From an uncultured Bacteroides sp. (GTDB taxonomy: Bacteria > Bacteroidota > Bacteroidia > Bacteroidales > SM23-62), in the NCBI GenBank assembly GCA_964627835.1, contig CAZVLG010000174.1, positions 1,455 through 65,454 on the forward strand: a stretch of 64,000 nucleotides of DNA, in the 5' to 3' direction. Numbering within the stretch: position 1 is the stretch's first letter; the number at the start of each line of letters is the position of its first letter. The translations under genes and the position numbers were made by a program. Below are positions 46,067 to 55,418 of this stretch, one piece after another. A model generated the notes under the pieces. That model was given only the letters and a program-made list of their open reading frames with translations. It did no database searches and was not told the origin of the DNA.

Positions 46067-47644
46067 TTAGTTGATCTTTTTTTGATGAGCCGAGGAATCC
46101 AACAGGTAGATATCATTGCCTTCAACCAGAAGGCCCTGGATCGGGAATCCATGTGTGTAGAACGGGACATCAATGGCAAAGGCATGGTTGTCGTACAGGG
46201 AAGTTACCTGTTTTACATTGGTATGCCCGACAAAGACATATTGTGCACTGAAATAATCCAGCACTTTTTTAAACTCCTCTTCAGGCAGATGATCGTATTC
46301 ATGGTTGTCCTCGAGAAAACCGCGATACCAGAACGGGCCATTTGGTCCCAGCAGAACACTGCGGCTGACTTCTCCGTTGTACATGCGTTCGGGATGGTTG
46401 AGAAAGTAGCGGACATTATCGTTGATCTCCCCGATGTCCAGGCCGGAGGCCATCAGGTCGGGGGATAATCCAGCATGAACGAACAAATGACCGTTGATCT
46501 TTACGATGGTATTCCTTGTGCGAAGCCACTGGCCAAGCACGGTCCGTTTGCCGAAAAGCCAGGGATAATCGATGTTGAGCCTTGAGGTCATAAGCAGGTA
46601 CTTGTCCGACACATAATCCGTCTTGCCCGACAGCACCATTATTTCATGATTGCCGAGGACCAGGTGCACGGCACCTCCTTCCTGCAGGGCCTCCTGTTCC
46701 AGCTGGTAGATCAGCCAGAGAGCTTCTGTAACCTTGTCGCCACGGTCAAAGATATCCCCCACGAAAACAAGATAATCCCGGCCCCATGTCCAATGCAAGG
46801 AATCGTCGATAACACCGTTGCTCTGCAGGAAATTAACAAGGCTGTCGTATCCGCCATGAATATCCCCCATGACCATGATCCGCCCGACATTATCCAAACG
46901 GTCGGGCGGGACCTCCCTGCGGGAATCTATACGATACTCCAGGGAATCCCCTGAAAAACCCTTGATCAGGTAAGGATCTGAATCTGCCTTGAAACGGGCA
47001 CTGGACCTGCGGGTGATCTGGGATTTTGATTCGTGGACAAGATACATGACTTTGACTTTCCGTCTCCCCTTCCATTTAACATAGGGGCCGTCCAGGAGAT
47101 CCGGCAGGTTCTTTTCAGCCTGGGTCCGGAGGTATTTGGCAACCTCTGTACGGCTGTGCCTGACGGCCATATCATACGCGGTGAACCATTTGTTATTCTT
47201 ATGGAAAAGATCGGCCCCCCGCCTGACAAGGTGTTTGGTGATCTTCAGATTTCCGTTGCTTGCCGCATAAAACAGGGCCGTATTCCCCTCGGGATCCATG
47301 GCTTCCATGTCCGCACCTGCCTGGATCAATGCTGTTACCTTTTTTCCATCCTCCATGCCGGAAGCATACATCAGGGGGGTAATTCCATCAACTGCCTGGT
47401 TTGCGTCCGCTCCCCTGCCGATAAGCCAGGCCGTTGTTGCGGCATCACCATGCTGAATTGAGTGGAGCAGCATCGTTGTACCGGATTCCCCGTAACGGCC
47501 GTTCACATCATGGTTCAGGAGGTACTGTTCGATGCTTTCAACATCTCCCTTTTCAACCCAGGAAAGCACAGGATCGCCGGATTGGGAGAACCCCGGTTGC
47601 ATCCACAGGGACAGGATGGAAAATATAAATAACAATCCTTTCAT
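46067..47644 (-). CDS. secreted ankyrin-repeat protein fused to a PPP/Shelph-type metallophosphatase
   Basis: 525 aa. Signal peptide MKGLLFIFSILSLWMQPGFSQ. About 4 ankyrin repeats (TMLLHSIQHGDAATTAWLIGRGADAN, TPLMYASGMEDGKKVTALIQAGADME, NTALFYAASNGNLKITKHLVRRGADL). Phosphatase motifs GDIHGGYD, GDIFDRGD, GNHE, VHAG. Confidence 0.85.
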   Translation of the reverse strand: MKGLLFIFSILSLWMQPGFSQSGDPVLSWVEKGDVESIEQYLLNHDVNGRYGESGTTMLLHSIQHGDAATTAWLIGRGADANQAVDGITPLMYASGMEDGKKVTALIQAGADMEAMDPEGNTALFYAASNGNLKITKHLVRRGADLFHKNNKWFTAYDMAVRHSRTEVAKYLRTQAEKNLPDLLDGPYVKWKGRRKVKVMYLVHESKSQITRRSSARFKADSDPYLIKGFSGDSLEYRIDSRREVPPDRLDNVGRIMVMGDIHGGYDSLVNFLQSNGVIDDSLHWTWGRDYLVFVGDIFDRGDKVTEALWLIYQLEQEALQEGGAVHLVLGNHEIMVLSGKTDYVSDKYLLMTSRLNIDYPWLFGKRTVLGQWLRTRNTIVKINGHLFVHAGLSPDLMASGLDIGEINDNVRYFLNHPERMYNGEVSRSVLLGPNGPFWYRGFLEDNHEYDHLPEEEFKKVLDYFSAQYVFVGHTNVKQVTSLYDNHAFAIDVPFYTHGFPIQGLLVEGNDIYLLDSSAHQKKIN

Positions 47645-47663
47645 ATTCAGGAAAAAACGGAGG

Positions 47664-47671
47664 CAAAGATA
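47664..47671 (-). promoter_or_regulatory. candidate -7 promoter box TATCTTTG for the ankyrin-phosphatase gene
   Basis: Minus-strand TATCTTTG, 20 nt upstream of the ATG at 47644, in the 39-nt gap after the upstream permease stop. Confidence 0.4.
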
Positions 47672-47683
47672 AGAAAAATTGCC

Positions 47684-50101
47684 CTACTCGTATTTCAGGG
47701 ATTCGGCCGGGTTTGTATTGGCGGCCCGGACCGTTTGCAGGGCGACAGCCAGGAGGGCAAACACGATAACCAGCAATCCGGTTGCCACGAATACAGGCCA
47801 GTGAATGCCGGCCTTATAGGGATAATTTTCGAGCCATCGCCGGACAATCCACCATGTAATGGGTGTCGCAATCAGGATTGACAGAAGGATCAGGTCAAAA
47901 AATTCACGAGAAAGCAGGAAAAGGATCCGGTTCACACTGGCCCCGGTTACTTTCCGAATACCGATCTCCTTGGTGCGCTGAAGTGTGGTATAGGAAGAAA
48001 GTCCGAAAAGTCCCAAAGCAGCGATGATAATGGCAACCAGGGAAAAAACGCCGACGGCAGCAAAAATCTGTTTCTCGATCCGGTACTGCCGGTCATAAAA
48101 AACATCGAGGAAGAAATAGTCAAAGGGATTACCGGGGAAAAACTCATCGAAGGTGGCTTTCAGCTCACCCATGGCCTGTTCACGCCTTTCGGGACTCAGC
48201 TTCAATGCAAAAAAGGAGCGGTTGGCAGGCAGGTACCGGTACAACAGGGGAATGGGTTCCTGTTTCAGAGACATCTGGTGGTAATTTCCGATCACCCCCA
48301 CAATATGTCGCTCCTCCCCATCAATATCAACTTTTTGCCCGATGGCTGCATCGGGGGAATCATAACCGAGGAAATCAACGGTTTTCTGATTGATGATGAC
48401 GGCAAGATCCTCGGTGCCGTATTCCGGTGAAAAATTGCGTCCGGCAAGAAGTTCAATATCAAAGGCGGGAATATAGTCCTCGTCCATTCCGATCTTGTAC
48501 ATCACGCCCCGGCCCTGTTCTTCATCGGTTCGGCGGATGCCGCTGGCCCAGAAGATCTCGTCACCGGGCACGTTGGTCGAAGCCGTCAGGTGATCTATCC
48601 CCGCAATGGAATTGATTTCATTCTTGAAGGTCCTGAATTTTTCATCGAAGGTAGTATCAATGCCGACCCCGGGTCCCCTGAGAACAAGGGTCTGCTCTAT
48701 CTCGACGCCAAGGTCCTGGTTGCGCATATACCTTAACTGTGAATAGATAAGGAAGGTTCCGGCGATAAAGGCCACCGAAGCCGTAAACTGGAAAACGACC
48801 AGAATTTTCCGGAGCAGGTACCCGTGCCCGGAACCACTGAATTTTCCTTTAAGTACCTCAACGGGCCTGAAGGAAGAAAGAATAAAGGCGGGGTAAAGGC
48901 CTGAAAGAATGGCACCGGTCAGGAATAAGGCACTCAGTCCCGCCCAGAAAAACGGTTCTGCAAAAAGGGACATACTCAGGTTTCTTCCGGTAAGCCGGTT
49001 AAAATACGGAAGCACCAGGGCCACGATCAGGATGGATATGCCGGCTGCCAGCAGGTTCATCAGAAGGGCCTCGGTTAGGAATTGCCGCACCAATTGCCGG
49101 CGATGGGCTCCGACCACCTTTCGTATCCCTACTTCCCGGGCCCTTTCCAGGGCACGGCTGCTGCTCATGTTGATGTAATTTACCCAGGCGATGATCAGGA
49201 CGGCCAGCGCGATCAGGGATAACATAAAGACCGCATCCGCATCCCCGTTTTCATCTGGCTCGGATTCCTGAAGAAGGTCCGAATGAAGATGGATATCCGT
49301 CAGGGGCTGTAAAATGAATTCCTGCCGGCTGTTGTATTTTTCCCAATCCTCCTTTCGCTCTTCTGCAAGCCACCCGGCAAACTTATTCTGGAACTCAAGT
49401 GGGTCCGCACCTTCCTCCAGCTGGACGTAGGTATTGAAATCATACCAACCCCAGGCTGTACGGCTCTGGTTATCTGATTCCTGATGAAGGGTTTCTGCGG
49501 AAACCAGAACCGAGAATTTTATATGAGAATTATCGGGGACATCCCTGATCACCCCTCTTATCTCGCAAGTAATATCGCCCCAGAAGGTTATTTCCTTTCC
49601 GATGGGATCTTCATCACCGAAGTATTTCTTTGCGGTTGATTCGGTCATGACTGCGGTATAGGGTTGCCTAAGGGCACTGGTGTCTCCGAGGATCAGTTCC
49701 CAGTCAAACATCCTGATAAAGGATGGCGTGACTACCTGCATTCTCCTTTCGCGGAATGAAATATTTTCACCGGTAGTAATGATGCCATCGAAGGGAAAGG
49801 CCCAGGAATATTCAAGCACCTCGGGGAAATTGTCCCTCATCGCCGGTCCCACAGCAGGAACGGCTGCGGCACAGGCAAACATCAATTCACCGTTCCGGTA
49901 TCCGTCGTAGCGAACCCGGTAAATTTGCCCGCTGTTCCGATGGAACCGGTCGAAGCTGTTCTCGTAGTAGACGTACTGCAGGAGAAGAAGGCAGGCAGCA
50001 ATGCCCGTGGACAATCCAAGCAGATTGAGGATCGAGTAAACTTTGTTTTTAGCGATGTACCTGAATGCCGAAAGCAGGTAATTGAAAAGGATCTGGAACA
50101 T
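47684..50101 (-). CDS. ABC transporter permease with two FtsX domains (MacB-like, ~800-aa Bacteroidota type)
   Basis: 805 aa. Two four-helix FtsX-type bundles, each preceded by a large extracytoplasmic domain. Repeated REVGIRKVVGA / KEIGIRKVTGA amphipathic-helix signatures. Confidence 0.85.
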   Translation of the reverse strand: MFQILFNYLLSAFRYIAKNKVYSILNLLGLSTGIAACLLLLQYVYYENSFDRFHRNSGQIYRVRYDGYRNGELMFACAAAVPAVGPAMRDNFPEVLEYSWAFPFDGIITTGENISFRERRMQVVTPSFIRMFDWELILGDTSALRQPYTAVMTESTAKKYFGDEDPIGKEITFWGDITCEIRGVIRDVPDNSHIKFSVLVSAETLHQESDNQSRTAWGWYDFNTYVQLEEGADPLEFQNKFAGWLAEERKEDWEKYNSRQEFILQPLTDIHLHSDLLQESEPDENGDADAVFMLSLIALAVLIIAWVNYINMSSSRALERAREVGIRKVVGAHRRQLVRQFLTEALLMNLLAAGISILIVALVLPYFNRLTGRNLSMSLFAEPFFWAGLSALFLTGAILSGLYPAFILSSFRPVEVLKGKFSGSGHGYLLRKILVVFQFTASVAFIAGTFLIYSQLRYMRNQDLGVEIEQTLVLRGPGVGIDTTFDEKFRTFKNEINSIAGIDHLTASTNVPGDEIFWASGIRRTDEEQGRGVMYKIGMDEDYIPAFDIELLAGRNFSPEYGTEDLAVIINQKTVDFLGYDSPDAAIGQKVDIDGEERHIVGVIGNYHQMSLKQEPIPLLYRYLPANRSFFALKLSPERREQAMGELKATFDEFFPGNPFDYFFLDVFYDRQYRIEKQIFAAVGVFSLVAIIIAALGLFGLSSYTTLQRTKEIGIRKVTGASVNRILFLLSREFFDLILLSILIATPITWWIVRRWLENYPYKAGIHWPVFVATGLLVIVFALLAVALQTVRAANTNPAESLKYE

Positions 50102-50123
50102 GCTGATACTCTAAAAAGTGGTA

Positions 50124-50585
50124 TCAAAAACTGATTACCTTTTTCCCGGATTTAATGAAATCCGTCAGGTAGGTGCCCGTATATCTCACCTCGATGCCCA
50201 GCTCCTCCAGCTTCGGGCTTATTCCGTACTGGTCCGCACATCCCTTACAGGCAAGCAGTTCAACCCCTGCCTCCTTCATTTGCTTCAGGGATTCCTGGAT
50301 TTTTTCATCCTCGGTGCTGAGTTTGGCAGAAGGCCCCCAGACCAGGAGCGTTACCTGATCCCACCAGCCGTTTTTCTGTGCGTTGAGAGCGTACATGAAC
50401 ACCATTTTATGGGCCACGTCCGGATCTCCACTGGTCCAGACGATCAGCAGATGTTCAGAAGAAGTTTCTTTTTTCATTTGAATGGCCGACTCATGATTAT
50501 CATCGGACGTTTCGAGGGCAGATAAAGTTACAGAATTCAGGCCAAAGAAAAACACGGCCAGAAGACAGGCGATGCAATGTTTCAT
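50124..50585 (-). CDS. DsrE/DsrF-like family protein with signal peptide
   Basis: 153 aa. N-terminal MKHCIACLLAVFFFGLNSVTLSA. Body LLIVWTSGDPDVAHKMVFMYALNA...VTLLVWGPSAKL...ELLACKGCADQYG resembles DsrE-family (DrsE_2-like) proteins and includes a CxxC. Confidence 0.65.
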   Translation of the reverse strand: MKHCIACLLAVFFFGLNSVTLSALETSDDNHESAIQMKKETSSEHLLIVWTSGDPDVAHKMVFMYALNAQKNGWWDQVTLLVWGPSAKLSTEDEKIQESLKQMKEAGVELLACKGCADQYGISPKLEELGIEVRYTGTYLTDFIKSGKKVISF

Positions 50586-50664
50586 AAGGAAAAATTTAGG
50601 TTTTCATGAAAGTTAAGGATTTAAAGCAAGCCGGTCAATTTTCGGCCCGGATACAGATCGGGAT

Positions 50665-50786
50665 GGGTACAGGTGGAGGAGGTCCTAAAAATACCGATCA
50701 GGATGCAAACCAGGGAGGGTTCAGGTGGAGGAGGTCCTAAAAATACCGATCAGGATGCAAACCAGGGAGGGTACAGGTGGAGGAGG
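50665..50786. repeat. 52-bp direct tandem repeat, about 2.3 copies
   Basis: The units 50673..50724 and 50725..50776 (GTGGAGGAGGTCCTAAAAATACCGATCAGGATGCAAACCAGGGAGGGT[T/A]CAG) differ at one base. Partial copies flank them: GGGTACAG at 50665..50672 and GTGGAGGAGG at 50777..50786. The repeat ends 3 nt from the stop of the barrel gene. Confidence 0.95.
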
Positions 50787-50789
50787 GTT

Positions 50790-51962
50790 TTAGAAATTCC
50801 ATTTCAGGCGAAGGAAGACCATGCTGATCTCCTGCCTGAAAACGCTCCCGTTCAGGGGATTCGTGGATTCGGCATTGAAGTATTGAAGGAAAAATCCCAG
50901 GTCAACGTTGTTGATTACGTTATAGCTCAGGCTCGGGCCGATAAAAAATCCTTTCAACTCCGGGAAATACATGCCCGCAAGGCTGGCTGTGAAAAGGGGA
51001 GTGACCGGGTAGGAGCCGGAAACAAATATCGTATGATCGGTGAATGCGAGTTGTTTGACCGTCAGGGGACCGGAATAATAATCCAGGAATCCGAAGGCCG
51101 AGCTGAAAGGATTGCTGGAATAGAGGTACTCTCCCTGCAACATCAATGAATTCGGGAACACATAGTCGATTCCTGCAGAAAACATGAACATGCCTGAGGT
51201 ATCGCGGGGGTTCTTTACAGGATGGAAATAGCTGGCCTCCCCCCGGAAACCCGCCCCGCCAATATTCCCGGACCATCCAAGTCCCCCGACAAAATCATCC
51301 TCCTGCAGCAGGCAGGCCAGTATCTGGATGTCATAGCTTAACACATTGAAATAATACCTGGCCGCTGCCGTCAGGGTATTTGAGCTGTCGATTTTGGCAG
51401 CAAGCTCGATGGAAGAGGTAAAATTCGGGTAGAACTGTAATCTGAGGGCATCTGATCCGGGGCGTTCTTCATAATCGAAATCGAAATAGGAATAGGCATT
51501 GAAAATATCGTTGACGTTCCAGACGAATGTTTGTCCCCAGTTAATCCGCTGCCTCCCTGCCGTGGCAACAAAGGCACCCGTGGAATATTGAAGCCATACC
51601 CGGTCGAAAGCAGAATTTAACACATAGGATTTCCCGCTGAGGAGGTTGAAGGAAAGATCGACCCATCCGATATCCTGGCCAAGGGCCTCGACATAGCCGG
51701 GGATCATTTGAAGTGTTTCCCCGTACATAAGGCGGTTACGAAGCTGGATCGAACCGGTAAAATGCTCTCCCCCGTACCAGAAGAAATTCAGACGGTTATG
51801 GAACAGGTTATCCATGATCCAGTCTTCATCTGGTTCCTCAAACATGACGGATTGCATATTGCTGAGGTATCCCTGGAACTCGAACGGAGAATCCTCATTC
51901 TGTGCCAGCAGGCCTCCGGCCAGGAAGAACGTGAGAAAGACATATACGGAAATCCTCCACAT
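50790..51962 (-). CDS. predicted outer-membrane beta-barrel protein of the exporter operon
   Basis: 390 aa. Signal peptide ending LLAQ. Alternating hydrophobic/aromatic beta-strand pattern throughout. C-terminal ...FLRLKWNF with a terminal Phe, typical of OMPs. GRQRINWGQ motif. Confidence 0.65.
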   Translation of the reverse strand: MWRISVYVFLTFFLAGGLLAQNEDSPFEFQGYLSNMQSVMFEEPDEDWIMDNLFHNRLNFFWYGGEHFTGSIQLRNRLMYGETLQMIPGYVEALGQDIGWVDLSFNLLSGKSYVLNSAFDRVWLQYSTGAFVATAGRQRINWGQTFVWNVNDIFNAYSYFDFDYEERPGSDALRLQFYPNFTSSIELAAKIDSSNTLTAAARYYFNVLSYDIQILACLLQEDDFVGGLGWSGNIGGAGFRGEASYFHPVKNPRDTSGMFMFSAGIDYVFPNSLMLQGEYLYSSNPFSSAFGFLDYYSGPLTVKQLAFTDHTIFVSGSYPVTPLFTASLAGMYFPELKGFFIGPSLSYNVINNVDLGFFLQYFNAESTNPLNGSVFRQEISMVFLRLKWNF

Positions 51963-51967
51963 GTGGC

Positions 51968-52651
51968 TTATTTTACCTCGTCTTTCAGCACCTTGCCGTC
52001 CTCCAGGGAGATGACCCTCCTGGCCTTTTTCATCACCCTGGCGTCGTGGGTGGCAAAAATAAAGGTGATGTGCTCTTCCCGGTTCAGTTTTTCCATGATA
52101 TCCAGGAGGTTTTCGGTAGCTTTTGAATCAAGGTTTGCCGTGGGTTCATCGGCCAGGACAAATTTTGGCTTGGACGCCAGGGCCCTGGCGACGGCAACCC
52201 TTTGTTGTTGTCCGCCGGACAATTTTGCAGGACGGCTGTTCAGTCGGTCAGCAAGCCCCACAGCTTCCAGCAACTCCCTGGTGCGGGCATCCCGTTCGGT
52301 CCTGGACCTTCCCTGGAGATGCATGATAAATTCAATGTTTTCCTTTGCAGTCAGGACGGGGATCAGGTTATAGGCCTGGAAAACAAACCCGATATTGTAC
52401 AGCCTGAAATTGATGCGTTCGGATGATTTAAGGGTACTGATATTGATGCCACCGATATTGACCTCCCCGCTGGTCGGATTATCAAGTCCCCCAAGCATGT
52501 TCAGGAGCGTGGTCTTTCCGCAACCGGAAGGGCCTGCAATGGCAGCAAACTCGCCTTCTTCAAAAGAAAGGTCAATACCCTGCACTGCATGCACCTCGTG
52601 CTCTGAATCGTTGTAGATCTTATGCAGGTTTTTGATTTCAATTACTTTCAT
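51968..52651 (-). CDS. ABC transporter ATP-binding protein (LolD/MacB type)
   Basis: 227 aa. Walker A GPSGCGKTT, Q-loop, signature LSGGQQQRVAVARAL, Walker B FVLADEPT, H-loop ATHD. Confidence 0.95.
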   Translation of the reverse strand: MKVIEIKNLHKIYNDSEHEVHAVQGIDLSFEEGEFAAIAGPSGCGKTTLLNMLGGLDNPTSGEVNIGGINISTLKSSERINFRLYNIGFVFQAYNLIPVLTAKENIEFIMHLQGRSRTERDARTRELLEAVGLADRLNSRPAKLSGGQQQRVAVARALASKPKFVLADEPTANLDSKATENLLDIMEKLNREEHITFIFATHDARVMKKARRVISLEDGKVLKDEVK

Positions 52652-52680
52652 GATCTTGGACTTATTTACGTTATGGAATT

Positions 52681-54111
52681 TTACATATCGACCCGTAGCG
52701 CTTCGGCCGGGTTAAGTTTAATTGCTTTCCGCGCGGGATAGATCGATGCGAGTATCCCGGTAAGGATCACCAGGAAGAGGATTTCGAAAAACGAATCCAG
52801 TCCAATGGCCGGGTACACCTTCGCAGAGAAACCGATTGCTTCCAGTCCCTCTTTATAAAGTGCGGAAAGATCAACACCCGTGTTGCCGGTCCACCACACC
52901 AGCAGATAACAGAGCACCGTTCCGGCCATGGCGCCCGTAAGACCCAGGAAAATGGTTTCCAGCATGATCATGCTGAAAACCCTGCGCCTGTTCATACCGA
53001 TGGCCATCAGCATCCCGAGTTCCTTGACCCTTTCAAGCACGGCCATCAGCATGGTGTTGACGATCCCAAAGCCAAGGGCCAGGAGAATGATCACCAGGAA
53101 GATGAACAGATAATAGTTCATGGCTTCTGAGAGCATGGCAGCTTCCGGCATGATGCTATCCCAGGTCTGGACATCCATATCCGGCAGCATATCCCTGACC
53201 TGCTGTGCTACCTCTTTATCGTCGTTCACCGAATTAAGCAGGATGGCAATCTGGTTCACCTGGCCGGGATCCAGTGCAGCAACAGGCGAGATATCGGTGC
53301 TGCGGACGAACAGGTTCATTCCGTCAAAACCTGTGTTTCCGGTTTTATAAACGCCAACCACACGGAAGGCATCGTATGCAATGTTGCCGTCAAGTGCCTG
53401 GAAACTCAAAACGATCTTCCTCTTGAGGCGGTACTTCAGGGCTGCGTCCTTCACCCAGTAGGATATTCTGCCTGCCTCTTTTTCCCCAAATAAAGCGATA
53501 AGGGCATGATCAAATTCTGTTTCGGTACGGAAAGATTGGCCCGAGAGAGAATCCAGCACAGGCAGGATATTCCGGAATTTCTTTCGTTCGGCAAGGTAGG
53601 AAAGGTCTTCAGGAAGCAGTTCATAATAGGTGAGTTTTAGTGTTTTGGCCAGCTTTTCCCCGATCACGATGGGCTTCCTGCCATCGCCATTGAAGAAGGA
53701 TCCACCGTTCCGGACAATGGATCCGGCTATGCCCGTGACCTGGCGTTCACGGTCGATGTCAATGCCGTTGATCATAACCCCGGAAGCATTTCCCGAGGTA
53801 CTTGCCATGCCGAGTAACTTGACGCGGGGACTTACTGCTTTCACCTGCGGGATCTTTTCGATTTCCGCTACGGTCTCCTGGGCATTGTCAATGGTATATT
53901 TCAATTCATTGTTTTCAAGATATTTCGGGTGGTGAATCTGAATATGGGAGGATTCATTGCCGATGGCCGTCTTTATCCTCGAATCCATCATTCCGTAAAA
54001 GAAAGCCACCATATAAACGCCTCCGAATATTCCCAGGGTAAAGGCCACAATGACCACCATTGAGCGTGTTTTATTGCGCCATACGTTCTTCCATGATATT
54101 GACCAGATCAT
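52681..54111 (-). CDS. ABC transporter permease, FtsX/MacB-type with large periplasmic domain
   Basis: 476 aa. TM1, then a ~270-aa extracytoplasmic domain, then three C-terminal helices with the KELGMLMAIGM signature. Ends in PAEALRVDM. Confidence 0.85.
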   Translation of the reverse strand: MIWSISWKNVWRNKTRSMVVIVAFTLGIFGGVYMVAFFYGMMDSRIKTAIGNESSHIQIHHPKYLENNELKYTIDNAQETVAEIEKIPQVKAVSPRVKLLGMASTSGNASGVMINGIDIDRERQVTGIAGSIVRNGGSFFNGDGRKPIVIGEKLAKTLKLTYYELLPEDLSYLAERKKFRNILPVLDSLSGQSFRTETEFDHALIALFGEKEAGRISYWVKDAALKYRLKRKIVLSFQALDGNIAYDAFRVVGVYKTGNTGFDGMNLFVRSTDISPVAALDPGQVNQIAILLNSVNDDKEVAQQVRDMLPDMDVQTWDSIMPEAAMLSEAMNYYLFIFLVIILLALGFGIVNTMLMAVLERVKELGMLMAIGMNRRRVFSMIMLETIFLGLTGAMAGTVLCYLLVWWTGNTGVDLSALYKEGLEAIGFSAKVYPAIGLDSFFEILFLVILTGILASIYPARKAIKLNPAEALRVDM

Positions 54112-54135
54112 CTTGATAATTTTTAAAGTTTAATT

Positions 54136-55359
54136 TCAGGCACGCAGAGCCTTGATCTCCTTGAGCCTTAATACAGAATTAACGGGATAGATTATAGCCA
54201 GGATGAAGATCAGCAGTACCACGGACGATTGCCCGATAAAATAGCTAAGATCGAATTCCGCCGGCATAATGGGTTCAAAGCCATAGATCTCGAAGAGTTC
54301 GGCATATTCCCCGGTAAACCGGATGGGATTATTGACAAAATAGCCGATAATGGGCAAGCTGCCAATCACACCCGAGGCTACTCCCACAACACCCATCAAA
54401 AGCATTTCGATGGTTAAAATAATTCCAAGTCTCCGCTTCTGCATGCCAATGGCCACCATGACCCCGAACTCCTTTCTTCGTTCGGTAGTCATCATGATCA
54501 GGGTTCCAAGCACTCCGAATCCAACGATCAGATAAAGCATGCCAAGCATGATGTACCCCCCGGTCTGGTCGCTCTGGATCTGCTGTACGAGTTCCGGGTT
54601 CATTTCCTTCCAGTCCAGGATCTCGTAAAGCTCCTCATCAAGCAAATCCCCCAGGGCTTTTTTCGTTTTATGGAGCTGGCCGGAGTCATCTACATTAATG
54701 ACCAGGGAGCTAAGCATGTTCCGGGCCCCGTAAAATTCCTGGGCATAGGGAAGGGTCATGAAAACAATGCGTCGATCCAGCTCGGGATTCGGCATTTTCA
54801 CGATCCCGATGACCGGGTATATTCCTGCAGCACTGGCCCCGTGGTATCCTGTGCTCAGCATGGTAAGGGTGTCATTTAGCGAGAGGTTAAGGAACTCTGC
54901 CAGCCTGCTGGAAACCAGCACCCCGTCTGGGGATCCGTCGAAATAAACACCTTCCACCAGCTTCCGGTCCGGGTGAGTCAGCTCAAGTTCTTTTTCAGGA
55001 TCGATTCCTACCACCAGGATTCCCTTGGTCTGTTCTCCCGTTGATGCCAGTGCGAAGGATTCAAGCCTGGGGATGACGGCTTTTACGTTCTCGGTGGACT
55101 CGATCTTTGAGACTATTTCAGGAGCATACTCGAAAGTATTGTCGAGGGTCTGGTCTTCCCAGTAACCGTTCCGGTGAATCTGCAGGGATCCGGTATAGGC
55201 CTCCACGATCCCATCAGCCATATAACTGTAACTTCCGACCTGCATGGATCGCATGACCAGAGAAAGAAGAAGGGCAAAGAAAACCGATGCAATGGTGATC
55301 AGGGTCCTGCGTTTATTTCTCCAGATATTCCTCCAGGCCAGTTTCAGATAGTCTTTCAT
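54136..55359 (-). CDS. ABC transporter permease, FtsX/LolE-type
   Basis: 407 aa with the same topology: TM1, periplasmic domain, three helices. KEFGVMVAIGM signature. Confidence 0.85.
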   Translation of the reverse strand: MKDYLKLAWRNIWRNKRRTLITIASVFFALLLSLVMRSMQVGSYSYMADGIVEAYTGSLQIHRNGYWEDQTLDNTFEYAPEIVSKIESTENVKAVIPRLESFALASTGEQTKGILVVGIDPEKELELTHPDRKLVEGVYFDGSPDGVLVSSRLAEFLNLSLNDTLTMLSTGYHGASAAGIYPVIGIVKMPNPELDRRIVFMTLPYAQEFYGARNMLSSLVINVDDSGQLHKTKKALGDLLDEELYEILDWKEMNPELVQQIQSDQTGGYIMLGMLYLIVGFGVLGTLIMMTTERRKEFGVMVAIGMQKRRLGIILTIEMLLMGVVGVASGVIGSLPIIGYFVNNPIRFTGEYAELFEIYGFEPIMPAEFDLSYFIGQSSVVLLIFILAIIYPVNSVLRLKEIKALRA

Positions 55360-55418
55360 CTTGGAATGAGTTTTAATTATTCATGATTCTAATTCGGGGC
55401 TTCGGCCGCATGGATTTA

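Noticed and set aside
45881-46468. 195-aa plus-strand ORF overlapping the 3' end of the ankyrin-phosphatase gene
   Set aside because: It is antisense to a frame with clear metallophosphatase motifs, and has no motifs or plausible promoter of its own.
50665-50786. Tandem repeat considered as a CRISPR array
   Set aside because: The units are directly contiguous with a 52-bp period and no unique spacers. There are only about 2.3 copies, no cas genes in the window, and no internal dyad typical of CRISPR repeats.
50673-51149. 158-aa plus-strand ORF that translates the tandem repeat as GGGGPKNTDQDANQGG x2
   Set aside because: It runs antisense through the C-terminal strands of the barrel gene. 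It has no start context, and its only feature is the repeat itself, which is better explained as non-coding.
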